Positions 31,941 to 41,564 are shown, numbered from the stretch's first letter. The stretch: DNA of 64,000 bases from Candidatus Limosilactobacillus excrementigallinarum (GCA_019117445.1 DWZS01000035.1:3188-67187); one strand, 5' to 3'. Numbers and translations are program-made. The notes: a model not told the origin generated them from the letters alone.

Positions 31941-32942
31941 ATGAAAATTAAAAACTATCAGGCCATCAATTGGAATGAAGTTTCCGATATGATTGACAAA
32001 GCCACCTGGGAAAAGTTAACCGAGCAATTCTGGTTAGATACCCGAATTCCTGTTTCAAATGATTTAGATGATTGGCGTGAATTAGACACTGATCATCAAT
32101 GGACCGTCGGCCACGTTTTCGGTGGTTTAACCCTTCTAGATACCCTTCAATCTCAAGCAGGATTAACTGCCTTGAAAGAGGATGTTAAAACGCCGCACGA
32201 AACTGCAGTTTTAAATAACATCCAATTTATGGAATCAGTTCACGCCAAGTCATACTCCACCATCTTCTCCACCTTAAATACTCCAGATGAAATTCGTGAA
32301 ATTTTTGACTGGTCAGATAGTGAAGAATATTTACAAAATAAAGCTGTTAAAATTGGTAATATCTACCTAGACGAAAGTGTTGACCCTCTGAAGAAAAAGG
32401 TTGCAAATGTCTTCTTAGAGACGTTTTTGTTCTACTCTGGTTTCTACACTCCACTCTACTATCTTGGGCATAATAAGTTGAATAACGTTGCCGAAATCAT
32501 CAAATTGATTTTACGGGATGAATCAGTGCACGGAACGTACATCGGCTACAAGTTCCAAGTTGGTATGCGTCAACTAAGCGAGAAGCAACAACAAGATATG
32601 AAAGATTGGATGTATAACTTCCTTTACGAACTATACGATAATGAAGAAAATTACACCCACCTGCTTTATGATCAAATCGGTTGGACTGACGATGTTCTAA
32701 CCTTTATTCGTTACAACGCTAACAAGGCCTTAATGAACCTTGGTCAGGATCCATTGTTCCCAGATACTGCATCAGATGTTAATCCAGTCGTGATGAACGG
32801 AATTTCTACCACTACTTCTAACCATGACTTCTTTAGTCAAGTTGGTAATGGTTACCGGCTCGGTGCAGTTGAAGCAATGAACGATAGCGACTACCATGTC
32901 AAAGATCCTAATGCTGGTAAAGACCGCAATTCTCGTAATTAA
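31941..32942 (+). CDS. nrdF: Class Ib ribonucleotide reductase beta subunit
   Basis: 333 aa with di-metal ligand motifs (ESVHAKSYS, RDESVHG). Confidence 0.96.
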   Translation: MKIKNYQAINWNEVSDMIDKATWEKLTEQFWLDTRIPVSNDLDDWRELDTDHQWTVGHVFGGLTLLDTLQSQAGLTALKEDVKTPHETAVLNNIQFMESVHAKSYSTIFSTLNTPDEIREIFDWSDSEEYLQNKAVKIGNIYLDESVDPLKKKVANVFLETFLFYSGFYTPLYYLGHNKLNNVAEIIKLILRDESVHGTYIGYKFQVGMRQLSEKQQQDMKDWMYNFLYELYDNEENYTHLLYDQIGWTDDVLTFIRYNANKALMNLGQDPLFPDTASDVNPVVMNGISTTTSNHDFFSQVGNGYRLGAVEAMNDSDYHVKDPNAGKDRNSRN

Positions 32943-32955
32943 TTATGATTACTAA

Positions 32956-32983
32956 CCGCGACATTAATTGTCGCGGCTTTTTT
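32956..32983 (+). terminator. nrdF terminator
   Basis: CCGCGACA-TTAAT-TGTCGCGG followed by CTTTTTT. Confidence 0.85.
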
Positions 32984-33058
32984 ATACCTGCTCATAGCTG
33001 CAACAATATTTATTTTTTAATTTTTGTTAGTCGTTTCACAATCTATACCGAAATTCAG

Positions 33059-33072
33059 TGTAAGCGCTGTCA
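33059..33072. promoter_or_regulatory. cre site (CcpA) upstream of the adhE promoter
   Basis: TGTAAGCGCTGTCA matches TGWAANCGNTNWCA at all constrained positions. Confidence 0.6.
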
Positions 33073-33149
33073 TTAGCATCGGCATAGCCTTTATATTTCT
33101 GACTCTTTTGTTTACCATAAAACCTTGTGAGAAAGTTGCTTTACCGGTC

Positions 33150-33167
33150 TTGTGTTTTTATTCACAA
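33150..33167. promoter_or_regulatory. Rex box 1 at the adhE promoter
   Basis: TTGTGTT-TTTA-TTCACAA has one mismatch to TTGTGAA-N4-TTCACAA. It abuts the -35. Confidence 0.7.
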
Positions 33168-33173
33168 TTGCTA

Positions 33174-33201
33174 TTTACATTTCAAAAATATTTTGTATAC
33201 T
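33174..33201 (+). promoter_or_regulatory. adhE promoter
   Basis: TTTACA, 16 nt, TGTATACT (extended -10). Confidence 0.6.
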
Positions 33202-33205
33202 GTAA

Positions 33206-33223
33206 TTGTTCAGTTATTAACAA
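33206..33223. promoter_or_regulatory. Rex box 2 (weaker), downstream of the adhE -10
   Basis: TTGTTCA-GTTA-TTAACAA. Confidence 0.45.
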
Positions 33224-33254
33224 ACTTTTTCAATAACAAGGGAGAATTATTATT

Positions 33255-35891
33255 ATGGCTGATTCAAAAAAGAAAGTTACCGAAGCAACCGCGACTGATC
33301 AAGCTGCGGAAGCTAAAAAACAAATTGATGATTTAATGGATAAGAGTGAAGTTGCTTTTAACGAACTACGTAACTTTACCCAAGAACAAGTTGACCATAT
33401 CTGTCAAGCCATGGCCCTCGCTGCTGAAGAGCATCACATGGAACTGGCAATGGAAGCTGCCGAAGAGACTGGCCGTGGAGTTGCTGAAGATAAGGCCATT
33501 AAAAACATCTACGCTAGTGAATATATTTGGAATAACATCCGCCACGATAAGACCGTTGGCATTATCAAAGACGATGATGAAAACCAAACTATTACCATCG
33601 CCGACCCATTAGGGATCATTGCTGGGGTGGTTCCAGTTACTAACCCAACTTCAACGGTTATTTTCAAGTCAATCATTTCTTTGAAGACGCGGAACACGAT
33701 TGTCTTTTCGATGCACCCACAAGCATTAAAAGCCTCTATCCACACCGCCCAAATTCTTGAAAAGGCAGCTGAAGAAGCAGGTGCCCCAAAGAATGTAATT
33801 CAATGGATTACTAAACCTTCACGTTACGCAACTGTTGACCTTCTCCAACACGAAAAGACAGCAACCATCTTAGCTACTGGTGGCCCAGGCCTGGTTAAGG
33901 CTGCTTATAGTTCTGGTAACCCAGCATTGGGGGTTGGCCCTGGTAACGGTCCCGCATATATTGAACGAACAGCTAACATTCCACGGTCTATTTATGACAT
34001 CGTTCTTTCAAAGACCTTTGATAATGGGATGATTTGTGCTTCAGAAAACTCCATCGTGGTTGACGATGAAATCTACGATCAAGTCAAAGCTGAACTGAAG
34101 AAGTGGAATTGTTACTTCATTAAGCCAGACGAAATTGATACCTTCACCAAAGGTTTCATCGATCCTAAGCGTCACCAAGTAGCGGGGCCAATCGCCGGCC
34201 GCTCAGCGAACGACATTGCTGAAATGTGTGGTTTGAAGAACATTCCTGCCAATACCAAGGTATTAATTGCTGAATACGAAGGAGTTGGTGACGACTACCC
34301 ACTTTCAGCAGAAAAACTATCCCCAGTCTTAACCATGTACCGAGTTCACTCCCACAAAGAAGCCTTCGATAAGTGTAAGGAACTTCTACATTATGGTGGT
34401 GAAGGTCACACGGCTGCTATTCACACAACAGATGACAGTTTAGCAACTCAATACGGGTTGGAAATGCGGGCTTCCCGGATTATCGTAAATTCACCTTCTG
34501 CACTCGGTGGGATTGGTAACATCTATAACAACATGACCCCATCATTAACCCTGGGAACTGGTTCGTATGGTAAGAATTCCGTTTCTCACAACGTTTCTGA
34601 CTATGATCTCTTAAACTACAAGGTCATTGCAAAACGGCGCGAAAACCGGCAATGGGTTAAGATTCCCCCAAAAGTTTACTTTCAACGGAACTCATTAAAG
34701 GAATTGCAAGACATTCCAAACATTAACCGGGCCTTTATCGTTACCGGTCCAGGAACTGTTAAGCGTGGTTACGCACAACGAGTAATTGACCAACTTCGTC
34801 AACGTCCGCTGGAAGCACACTTCCAAGTATTTGACGAAGTTGAAGAAGATCCATCAACTGATACTGTCAACAAAGGGGTTGCGTTAATGCGTGACTTCAA
34901 GCCTGACACAATTATTGCCCTTGGTGGTGGTTCACCAATGGATGCCGCAAAGGCAATGTGGATGTTCTATGAACACCCAGAAACCAGCTGGAATGGGGTT
35001 AAGCAGAAGTACTTGGATATTCGGAAGCGGGCTTACCAAATTGGTAAACCACACAAGGCTCAATTCATTGGGATTCCAACCACTTCTGGGACTGGTTCTG
35101 AAATTACTTGTTTCTCGGTTATCACGGATTCTAAGACCCATGTTAAGTATCCATTAGCTGACTATGCCTTAACTCCGGATATTGCGATTGTTGATTCACA
35201 ATTCGTTGAAACTGTGCCACCAAAGACCACTGCTTATACTGGACTAGATGTCCTTTGTCACGCTACTGAATCTTATGTTTCAGTAATGTCCACTGATTAT
35301 ACCCGTGGTTGGTCACTTCAAGCCATCAAAGGGGTTATGGAAACCTTAGCAGCTTCGGTGAAGGGTGATCAAGATGCACGGCGGCGGATGCATAACTACT
35401 CAACGATTGCCGGAATGGCCTTTGGTCAAGCCTTCCTTGGTATCAACCACTCTCTCGCCCACAAGATGGGTGGTGCCTTTGATCTCCCTCACGGTCTTTG
35501 TATTGCAATCGCCCTTCCCCAAGTAATTCGCTTCAATGCTCAACGCCCACAAAAGCTGGCAATGTGGCCACACTACGCTACTTATCATGCTACGAAGGAT
35601 TATGCAGACATTGCACGATTCTTAGGACTTAAGGGTGACACTGATGAGGAATTAATGGAAGCCTACGTCCAAAAGATTATTGAATTGGCTCATGAATGTG
35701 GTGTCACATTGAGCCTCAAGGCCAATGGTGTTAGTCGCAAAGACTTTGACAAAGCCGTTGATAAGTTGGCTGTATTGGCTTACGAGGACCAATGTACTAC
35801 AACCAACCCAGTTGAACCATTAGTAAGTCAACTGAAGGAACTCTTAGAACGTTGTTACGATGGTACTGGTGTTGAACCGCAAGACAAATAG
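33255..35891 (+). CDS. adhE: Bifunctional acetaldehyde-CoA/alcohol dehydrogenase
   Basis: 878 aa with an N-terminal ALDH domain (MICASENS) and a C-terminal Fe-ADH domain (GGGSPMDAAK, HxxxH). Confidence 0.97.
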   Translation: MADSKKKVTEATATDQAAEAKKQIDDLMDKSEVAFNELRNFTQEQVDHICQAMALAAEEHHMELAMEAAEETGRGVAEDKAIKNIYASEYIWNNIRHDKTVGIIKDDDENQTITIADPLGIIAGVVPVTNPTSTVIFKSIISLKTRNTIVFSMHPQALKASIHTAQILEKAAEEAGAPKNVIQWITKPSRYATVDLLQHEKTATILATGGPGLVKAAYSSGNPALGVGPGNGPAYIERTANIPRSIYDIVLSKTFDNGMICASENSIVVDDEIYDQVKAELKKWNCYFIKPDEIDTFTKGFIDPKRHQVAGPIAGRSANDIAEMCGLKNIPANTKVLIAEYEGVGDDYPLSAEKLSPVLTMYRVHSHKEAFDKCKELLHYGGEGHTAAIHTTDDSLATQYGLEMRASRIIVNSPSALGGIGNIYNNMTPSLTLGTGSYGKNSVSHNVSDYDLLNYKVIAKRRENRQWVKIPPKVYFQRNSLKELQDIPNINRAFIVTGPGTVKRGYAQRVIDQLRQRPLEAHFQVFDEVEEDPSTDTVNKGVALMRDFKPDTIIALGGGSPMDAAKAMWMFYEHPETSWNGVKQKYLDIRKRAYQIGKPHKAQFIGIPTTSGTGSEITCFSVITDSKTHVKYPLADYALTPDIAIVDSQFVETVPPKTTAYTGLDVLCHATESYVSVMSTDYTRGWSLQAIKGVMETLAASVKGDQDARRRMHNYSTIAGMAFGQAFLGINHSLAHKMGGAFDLPHGLCIAIALPQVIRFNAQRPQKLAMWPHYATYHATKDYADIARFLGLKGDTDEELMEAYVQKIIELAHECGVTLSLKANGVSRKDFDKAVDKLAVLAYEDQCTTTNPVEPLVSQLKELLERCYDGTGVEPQDK

Positions 35892-35907
35892 TCGGATTTA
35901 ACTATTC

Positions 35908-35942
35908 AAACCGGAATGCCCCTTGGCATTCCGGTTTTTTGT
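35908..35942 (+). terminator. adhE terminator
   Basis: AAACCGGAATGCC-CCTT-GGCATTCCGGTTT followed by TTTT. Confidence 0.9.
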
Positions 35943-35981
35943 GTTATTGTAATGGTGGAATTTTAAGAACGGAGGAAGCTT

Positions 35982-36803
35982 ATGAAACAAGCATTAACAA
36001 TCGCCGGTTTTGATTCAAACGGGAGTGCCGGTTTAGCTGCAGATTTACACTCATTTTATGCCGCGAGCATTTATGGTCACGGTGTTTTAACCGGTGTCGT
36101 GGCTGAAAATGCAACAACGATTACTGCAACCACCACCACGTCGCCAAGTTTTATCAAAGAAGAATTTAATGATCTTGCTGAGTTTCACATAACGGCTGCT
36201 AAGACCGGGATGCTTGCTAATTCAGCCATTATCAAAACCGTGGCTAACTGCTATTCTACGGCCGTCTTTGGCCCATTAGTGGTCGATCCGGTCATTATCA
36301 CTAAGCGCCACAATCGTCTGCTGAGTGACGATGCCTTTACAGATTTTCGTCATGAGTTAATTCCATTGGCGACTGTGTTAACACCTAATTTTACCGAAGC
36401 TGAAGAACTTCTCGACCATGACTTTACTAATCAAGCCGATATTGTGGAAGGTGCACATCAGCTGCAAGCCATGGGCGCTCAAAACGTGGTAATTAAAGGT
36501 TCCCATGATCAAGCCCAGCCACTTATTCATAATTACGTTCTTTTGGCGGACGGTACTGATTTTTGGATGAATAATCGGTTTGTTAAAACTAATAAAGTCA
36601 ACGGTGCTGGCGATTCCTTCTCGGCCATCATTACTGCAGAATTAGCAAAGGGTCAGCCCGTGGTCAACGCAATTAAGCGGGCTAACCAATTCGTAGATGT
36701 CGCTATTCACCATCCGCTGGCAGTTGGTCAAAACTTTGGTCCCATTAATCACTGGGCGGGAGAAAAAGCGTTCACCAATGACAACGATTCCATAGATGGA
36801 TAA
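35982..36803 (+). CDS. Ribokinase-superfamily HMP-P kinase / pyridoxal kinase (ThiD/PdxK-like, divergent motifs)
   Basis: 273 aa: LTIAGFDSNGSAGLAADLHSF, VVDPV, GAGDSFSAIITAEL. Substrate specificity cannot be assigned by eye. Confidence 0.7.
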   Translation: MKQALTIAGFDSNGSAGLAADLHSFYAASIYGHGVLTGVVAENATTITATTTTSPSFIKEEFNDLAEFHITAAKTGMLANSAIIKTVANCYSTAVFGPLVVDPVIITKRHNRLLSDDAFTDFRHELIPLATVLTPNFTEAEELLDHDFTNQADIVEGAHQLQAMGAQNVVIKGSHDQAQPLIHNYVLLADGTDFWMNNRFVKTNKVNGAGDSFSAIITAELAKGQPVVNAIKRANQFVDVAIHHPLAVGQNFGPINHWAGEKAFTNDNDSIDG

Positions 36804-36851
36804 CCTAAAATTTGTTACACTTAAATTAACTAAATCTCTTGGAGGTTCATT

Positions 36852-37481
36852 ATGAAAGCCGATACCTATTTTGATCACGAACATATTAATCAAGTCCTGG
36901 ATGAAATGGAAGTTTTAGTAATTGGAATGCATGATGGAGAAAGCATTTATCAAACCCCCGTTCATTTTGGCTATGAAGAAATCGACGGTCAATATACGCT
37001 TTGGTTCCATGGTGACGATGCCCACACCACCGGTCGATTATTGGCTGCTGATCCCCACGTTGGTTTTGAACTGGATGGTGGGCAAAAATTCCGCCTTGTA
37101 CCAAAGCCTTTCCATTACAGTGCTGAGTTTAAAAGTGTCATTGGACAGGGAATTGTGACGAAGGTAACCGATCATCAGGAAATGCTGCATGGTCTCAATG
37201 TCATGACTGACCACTATATCAAAGAACACCCCGAATTTACGGAGCGGATGCTAGGTAAAGTGACCGTCTGGCGGCTTGATGCTAATAAGATTTCTGCGCG
37301 GATCCACATTCCTGCGGGGATCAAAGATATGCAGCCGGGAGAAAAATTATCTGGTCCAGAAACCGTTTATGGTGATCCCAATACGACAGTGGACCTGGAT
37401 GCGCTCGCGAGCGCATCCCAAAATGCCGATTATTCAGATGTCTATACTGACGACCATTCAAAAGATGAGCCATCTAAATAA
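36852..37481 (+). CDS. Pyridoxamine 5'-phosphate oxidase-like FMN-binding split-barrel protein with an acidic C-terminal tail
   Basis: 209 aa. The core of about 160 aa resembles the PNPOx/5-nitroimidazole-reductase-like family (recalled resemblance). The tail of about 45 aa is D/S/T-rich. Confidence 0.55.
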   Translation: MKADTYFDHEHINQVLDEMEVLVIGMHDGESIYQTPVHFGYEEIDGQYTLWFHGDDAHTTGRLLAADPHVGFELDGGQKFRLVPKPFHYSAEFKSVIGQGIVTKVTDHQEMLHGLNVMTDHYIKEHPEFTERMLGKVTVWRLDANKISARIHIPAGIKDMQPGEKLSGPETVYGDPNTTVDLDALASASQNADYSDVYTDDHSKDEPSK

Positions 37482-37497
37482 CCATTCATCATCATGT

Positions 37498-37540
37498 AAA
37501 AAGGCGAAGGTGCTGACAAAACAGCTCCTTCGCCTTTTCT
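37498..37540. terminator. Bidirectional terminator between convergent genes
   Basis: AAAAGGCGAAGG...CCTTCGCCTTTT hairpin. Confidence 0.75.
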
Positions 37541-37544
37541 TAAC

Positions 37545-38108
37545 TTAATTAAAGGGATCCCACGTGTACTTTGCCCGTTGGCCCCCAACCAATTTTGGCC
37601 GCGAACGCAAGTAACGAGTGTGGGCCTGACCAACAGTATCAATTGTAGTCCGCACCGGAATTTGAACTGCCTGAACGTGCATACCAATATCGCAATCCCC
37701 AATGTCCATCCCAGCTTGAGCAGTAATATGTTCAACTTCTACTGGATCCTCAAATCGTTCAAAAGCGGCAATTTGAGCTGCTCCACTGGCATTTACTGAT
37801 GGATAAACTGTCACAATCTCCCAACCATGTTGTTTTGCTACCTGACGTTCCACCGTTAGGGCCCGATTAATCTCCGCACACCCTTCAACCGCTAAATTAA
37901 TGCCCCGGGGTGCCAAAATATCCACTAATGTGTTAACAATCGTTCGTCCGACATCTACTGACGGTGCGCCGCTTAACTTTACTCCTGCCACTTCACTCGT
38001 CGAAATACCTAAAACAAAAGTATCCCCTGCGTGTAAATTAGCCACCTTCAGTAACTCCTGCACTCCTTGGGTTACCTGTTGCCTAACCTTGGCTAAATCA
38101 ACTGTCAC
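37545..38108 (-). CDS. TIGR01440/UPF0340 (YwlG-like) family protein
   Basis: A promoter TTGCGA, 18 nt, TACAAT lies inside the track ORF's 5' extension. The likely start is therefore the GTG at 38108, after GAGGTGA. About 187 aa. Confidence 0.65.
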   Translation of the reverse strand: MTVDLAKVRQQVTQGVQELLKVANLHAGDTFVLGISTSEVAGVKLSGAPSVDVGRTIVNTLVDILAPRGINLAVEGCAEINRALTVERQVAKQHGWEIVTVYPSVNASGAAQIAAFERFEDPVEVEHITAQAGMDIGDCDIGMHVQAVQIPVRTTIDTVGQAHTRYLRSRPKLVGGQRAKYTWDPFN

Positions 38109-38162
38109 GATCATCACCTCAATCATATTGTACCGAATTTGAAACCGTTCTCGCAACCACCA

Positions 38163-39191
38163 TTAATTATTTGAAACCGTGCTTTCTCTGGCCACCAATT
38201 TTGATGGTAGAACCACTTGCCATGGCACTGTCCGCCGGTTGCGCCACCGATCAAGCAGTAGTCTAACTGCTGCCCGCCCCATTTCACTACTTGGTGCGTG
38301 AACTGAAGATAATGAAGGCACTAAGTAAGACGCTACTTGTGAATCGTTAAAGCTGACTACCTCAATATCTTCAGGAATTACCAAGTGATGCAATTGAATG
38401 GAACGATATGCACCGATCGCTAACTGGTCACTAGCAACCACCACGGCGGTTGGTAATGTGTCATTGTTCAACAACTCCTCCATCGCCTGGTATCCCTCAT
38501 GAGTACTCCAATCGGTCGTTAGATTCTTGGATCGCAAGTGGTGAATCTGCATCCAATTAAGATAGGCCGTAGTCCGAATATCAGTAATCTGCTCACCAGT
38601 GATTCCCGTCTTCTCCATCTGATTAATTGCTCCGCCAATGAGCGCGATTTGGCGATGTCCCTGTTGGTAAAGCATGTTCAGCGCTCGTTCGGTTTCGGCA
38701 TGGTAATTATTACGGACAAGATCAAATTGATCAAAATAACGGTACTCATCCACGACCACCAAATTACGGTTGCAACGGTAAACACTATTCAAAAAGCGCT
38801 CACTAAACGTACCAATGATGATCACCCCATCAAACTTGCCTACCGTTTGATAATCAAAGTCAGGATTCGGGAACCGCACAAAGGCCCCAATTTTAATTGC
38901 CAGCGTGGCTGCTTCTTCATGAATCCCCTCATCAATCGTCGCGAAATACAGGTCTCGGGTCTCCTGACTACTGGTTAGTGAACATAACACGATCAGCTCA
39001 CGGTCCCGGTGGGGCAGTGATTGCACCATTTCACGATGTTCACGCGGATCGTAATGGAGCTTTCTGACTACCTCCATAACCCGCTCTCTCGTGGTGGAAC
39101 GAACCGAAAACTTTTTGTCCTGGTTTAATACCCGGGAAACCGTTGCTGGAGAAACCCCCGCTTCTTTTGCAATATCACGAATACTTGCCAT
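38163..39191 (-). CDS. LacI-family transcriptional regulator (probable alpha-galactoside operon regulator)
   Basis: 342 aa: MASIRDIAKEAGVSPATVSRVLN HTH plus a periplasmic-binding-protein-like core. It is divergent from the alpha-galactosidase gene. Confidence 0.88.
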   Translation of the reverse strand: MASIRDIAKEAGVSPATVSRVLNQDKKFSVRSTTRERVMEVVRKLHYDPREHREMVQSLPHRDRELIVLCSLTSSQETRDLYFATIDEGIHEEAATLAIKIGAFVRFPNPDFDYQTVGKFDGVIIIGTFSERFLNSVYRCNRNLVVVDEYRYFDQFDLVRNNYHAETERALNMLYQQGHRQIALIGGAINQMEKTGITGEQITDIRTTAYLNWMQIHHLRSKNLTTDWSTHEGYQAMEELLNNDTLPTAVVVASDQLAIGAYRSIQLHHLVIPEDIEVVSFNDSQVASYLVPSLSSVHAPSSEMGRAAVRLLLDRWRNRRTVPWQVVLPSKLVARESTVSNN

Positions 39192-39235
39192 TTGTCTTCT
39201 CCTTAGATCCTTTTGTTTATTAGGATAACACTAAA

Positions 39236-39259
39236 TGTTTACTAATAAAATAGTAAACG
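39236..39259. promoter_or_regulatory. Inverted repeat, candidate operator in the regulator/melA intergenic region
   Basis: TGTTTACTA-ATAAAA-TAGTAAACG has 8-bp arms of GTTTACTA. The adjacent AGTAAACGTTTCAT is a CG-centred LacI-type half-palindrome. Confidence 0.5.
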
Positions 39260-39313
39260 TTTCATTTGCCTTTATCACACCGTTATTGCCCTTCTGTTTC
39301 ATTTTACAAGTCA

Positions 39314-39339
39314 AGGAAAGCGTTTACTGTAAGCGCTTT
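39314..39339. promoter_or_regulatory. cre-like / LacI-type imperfect palindrome upstream of the alpha-galactosidase gene
   Basis: AAAGCGTTTACTGTAAGCGCTTT is 20/23 self-complementary. It contains two overlapping 12/14 matches to the cre consensus. Confidence 0.5.
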
Positions 39340-39380
39340 TTATTTTACTCTTGAATCATCAAATGAAAGGGTGTTAGCTT

Positions 39381-41564
39381 ATGATTACTTTTGACGAAAA
39401 GCAACGGGTCTTTAACCTGAGTAATTCTTCAATTTCTTACCTTTTTTCAATTGAAGAGGGCGGCCTGTTAAGCCATTTGTACTATGGACCGAAGATCCGT
39501 CATTACCATGGCGAACGTCGCTATCCACGGGTTGATCGGGGGTTTTCTGGTAACCTGCCACAATCCATGGACCGGACCTATTCTAAAGATGATTTACTTC
39601 AAGAATATTCCGGTAATAATACCGGAGACTACCGGTTGCCAGCCATTACCATCAAGGGAGCTGATGGCGCCCGCTTAACTGATTTCCGCTATGATTCCTA
39701 CCGGATCCTTTCTGGTAAACCAGCCCTCCAAGGTTTGCCTTCATCATACGTTAATGACGACGATGAAGCACAAACTTTGGAAGTAACGTTAAAGGATGCC
39801 ACACTCGATGTGGAATTAATACTGGTTTATACCATCTATCAAGATCGGCCAGTAATTACCAGGAATGCTCGTCTGAAAAACACTAGTAATCAAGCAATTG
39901 AAATTGATAAAATTGCTTCGCTTCAACTCGACTTACCAAAGTATGATTACGACCTTGTTTACTTACCTGGCCAATATGCGTTAGAACGACAAACCCGGCG
40001 GATTAATCTCCATCAAGGAATTTTTGAAATCTCTAGTCGACGGGATTCTAGCTCTCACCATATGAATCCATTTGCAGCTTTAGTCGACCCTAACACGGAT
40101 GAATTTAATGGTAATGCCCTCGGCGTACTGTTGGTGTACTCTGGTAATCATCAAATCTCAATTGAACGGGATCAAATTGATCAAACCCGTTTAATTGCCG
40201 GAATTAATGATTTTAACTTTGCTTGGCATCTTGAACCGGGAGAAGAATTCCAAACTCCCGAAGCCATTACCGTCTTTAGTACGAAAGGTCTCAATGGCAT
40301 GTCGCAAGCATTCCACCACTTACTGCGTGAACGAGTTGCCCGCGGTAAATTTAAGTACGCTGACCGTCCAATCGTTATTAATAACTGGGAAGCCACTTTC
40401 TTTGACTTTGACGACCAAAAACTTGATGAAGTCGTTAAAGAAGCACAGCCACTAGGCATTGAAATGTTCGTTCTTGATGACGGTTGGTTTGGCCATCGAA
40501 ATGATGACAATTCATCACTCGGTGACTGGTTTGTTAACCACGATAAGGTTAATCTCCAACGGGTTGCTAAGCAAACGCATGACGCTGGAATGAAATTTGG
40601 CCTTTGGTTTGAACCAGAAATGGTTTCGGTGGATTCTAAACTTTACCGTGAACATCCCGAATGGGCTTTAGCGGAACCAGGACGGGGATCGACTCTCTCC
40701 CGGAACCAATTAGTACTCGACTTTAGTCGTCCAGAAGTTGTTGATAACATCTTTAATCAGATGTGTCAGATTTTAGACAACGTGCCGATTGACTACATTA
40801 AATGGGACTGCAACCGAAACTTAACGGAAGTCTTTTCCCAAGCAGCTCCGGCTGACCATCAAGGGGAGATCGCCCACCGCGTGATCTTAGGTGTTTACGA
40901 TCTAATGGATCGCTTAACGAAACGTTACCCAGATATTCTCTTCGAAGGTTGTTCTGGTGGTGGTGGTCGCTTTGACGCCGGGATTCTTTACTACATGCCA
41001 CAAAGTTGGCCATCTGACGATACCGACGCTGGTGAACGACTCAAGATTCAAGATGGAACATCGTTAGTCTACCCAATTTCTTCCATGAGTGCCCACGTTT
41101 CAGTATCACCAAATCAACAAACTGGTCGTGACATTAGTTTCAAGACCCGTGGTGATGTCGCAATGGCAGGCGTATTTGGTTATGAACTCGACCTGGCAGA
41201 TTTAACTGACGATGAAAAAGAATTAGTTAAAAAGCAAATTGTTTTCTATAAAAAGCACCGGCACCTAATCCAATATGGAGATTTCTACCGCCTAGAAAGT
41301 CCATTTAAGGGTAATACCGTGGCTTGGGAATTTGTCAGTCCTGACAAATCAGAAGCGTTACTGTTCATGTTTAGAAAGCAACATACCAACCGGATGGAAA
41401 TTGTTAACACGAAATTAACTGCATTGGATCCCCACCGTGATTACCGCGATGAAGATAGTCAAGCCGTTTATGGCGGTGATGAACTCATGAATGTAGGTCT
41501 CTTCCGTGACCCAACCCACGTTGGTGATTATTTATCAGAAGTCCATTACTTCAAAGAAATCTAG
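39381..41564 (+). CDS. melA: Alpha-galactosidase (GH36)
   Basis: 727 aa: FVLDDGWF, KWDCNR, GCSGGGGRFD motifs typical of GH36. Confidence 0.93.
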   Translation: MITFDEKQRVFNLSNSSISYLFSIEEGGLLSHLYYGPKIRHYHGERRYPRVDRGFSGNLPQSMDRTYSKDDLLQEYSGNNTGDYRLPAITIKGADGARLTDFRYDSYRILSGKPALQGLPSSYVNDDDEAQTLEVTLKDATLDVELILVYTIYQDRPVITRNARLKNTSNQAIEIDKIASLQLDLPKYDYDLVYLPGQYALERQTRRINLHQGIFEISSRRDSSSHHMNPFAALVDPNTDEFNGNALGVLLVYSGNHQISIERDQIDQTRLIAGINDFNFAWHLEPGEEFQTPEAITVFSTKGLNGMSQAFHHLLRERVARGKFKYADRPIVINNWEATFFDFDDQKLDEVVKEAQPLGIEMFVLDDGWFGHRNDDNSSLGDWFVNHDKVNLQRVAKQTHDAGMKFGLWFEPEMVSVDSKLYREHPEWALAEPGRGSTLSRNQLVLDFSRPEVVDNIFNQMCQILDNVPIDYIKWDCNRNLTEVFSQAAPADHQGEIAHRVILGVYDLMDRLTKRYPDILFEGCSGGGGRFDAGILYYMPQSWPSDDTDAGERLKIQDGTSLVYPISSMSAHVSVSPNQQTGRDISFKTRGDVAMAGVFGYELDLADLTDDEKELVKKQIVFYKKHRHLIQYGDFYRLESPFKGNTVAWEFVSPDKSEALLFMFRKQHTNRMEIVNTKLTALDPHRDYRDEDSQAVYGGDELMNVGLFRDPTHVGDYLSEVHYFKEI

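Noticed and set aside
33024-33336. 70- and 69-aa ORFs in the nrdF-adhE intergenic region and the adhE 5' end.
   Set aside because: They have no RBS, an AT-rich and Phe/Leu/Ile-biased composition, and they overlap the adhE promoter, Rex boxes and cre. This is regulatory DNA rather than coding DNA.
38538-38978. 146-aa plus-strand ORF.
   Set aside because: It is antisense to the LacI-family regulator gene and has no RBS or family signature.
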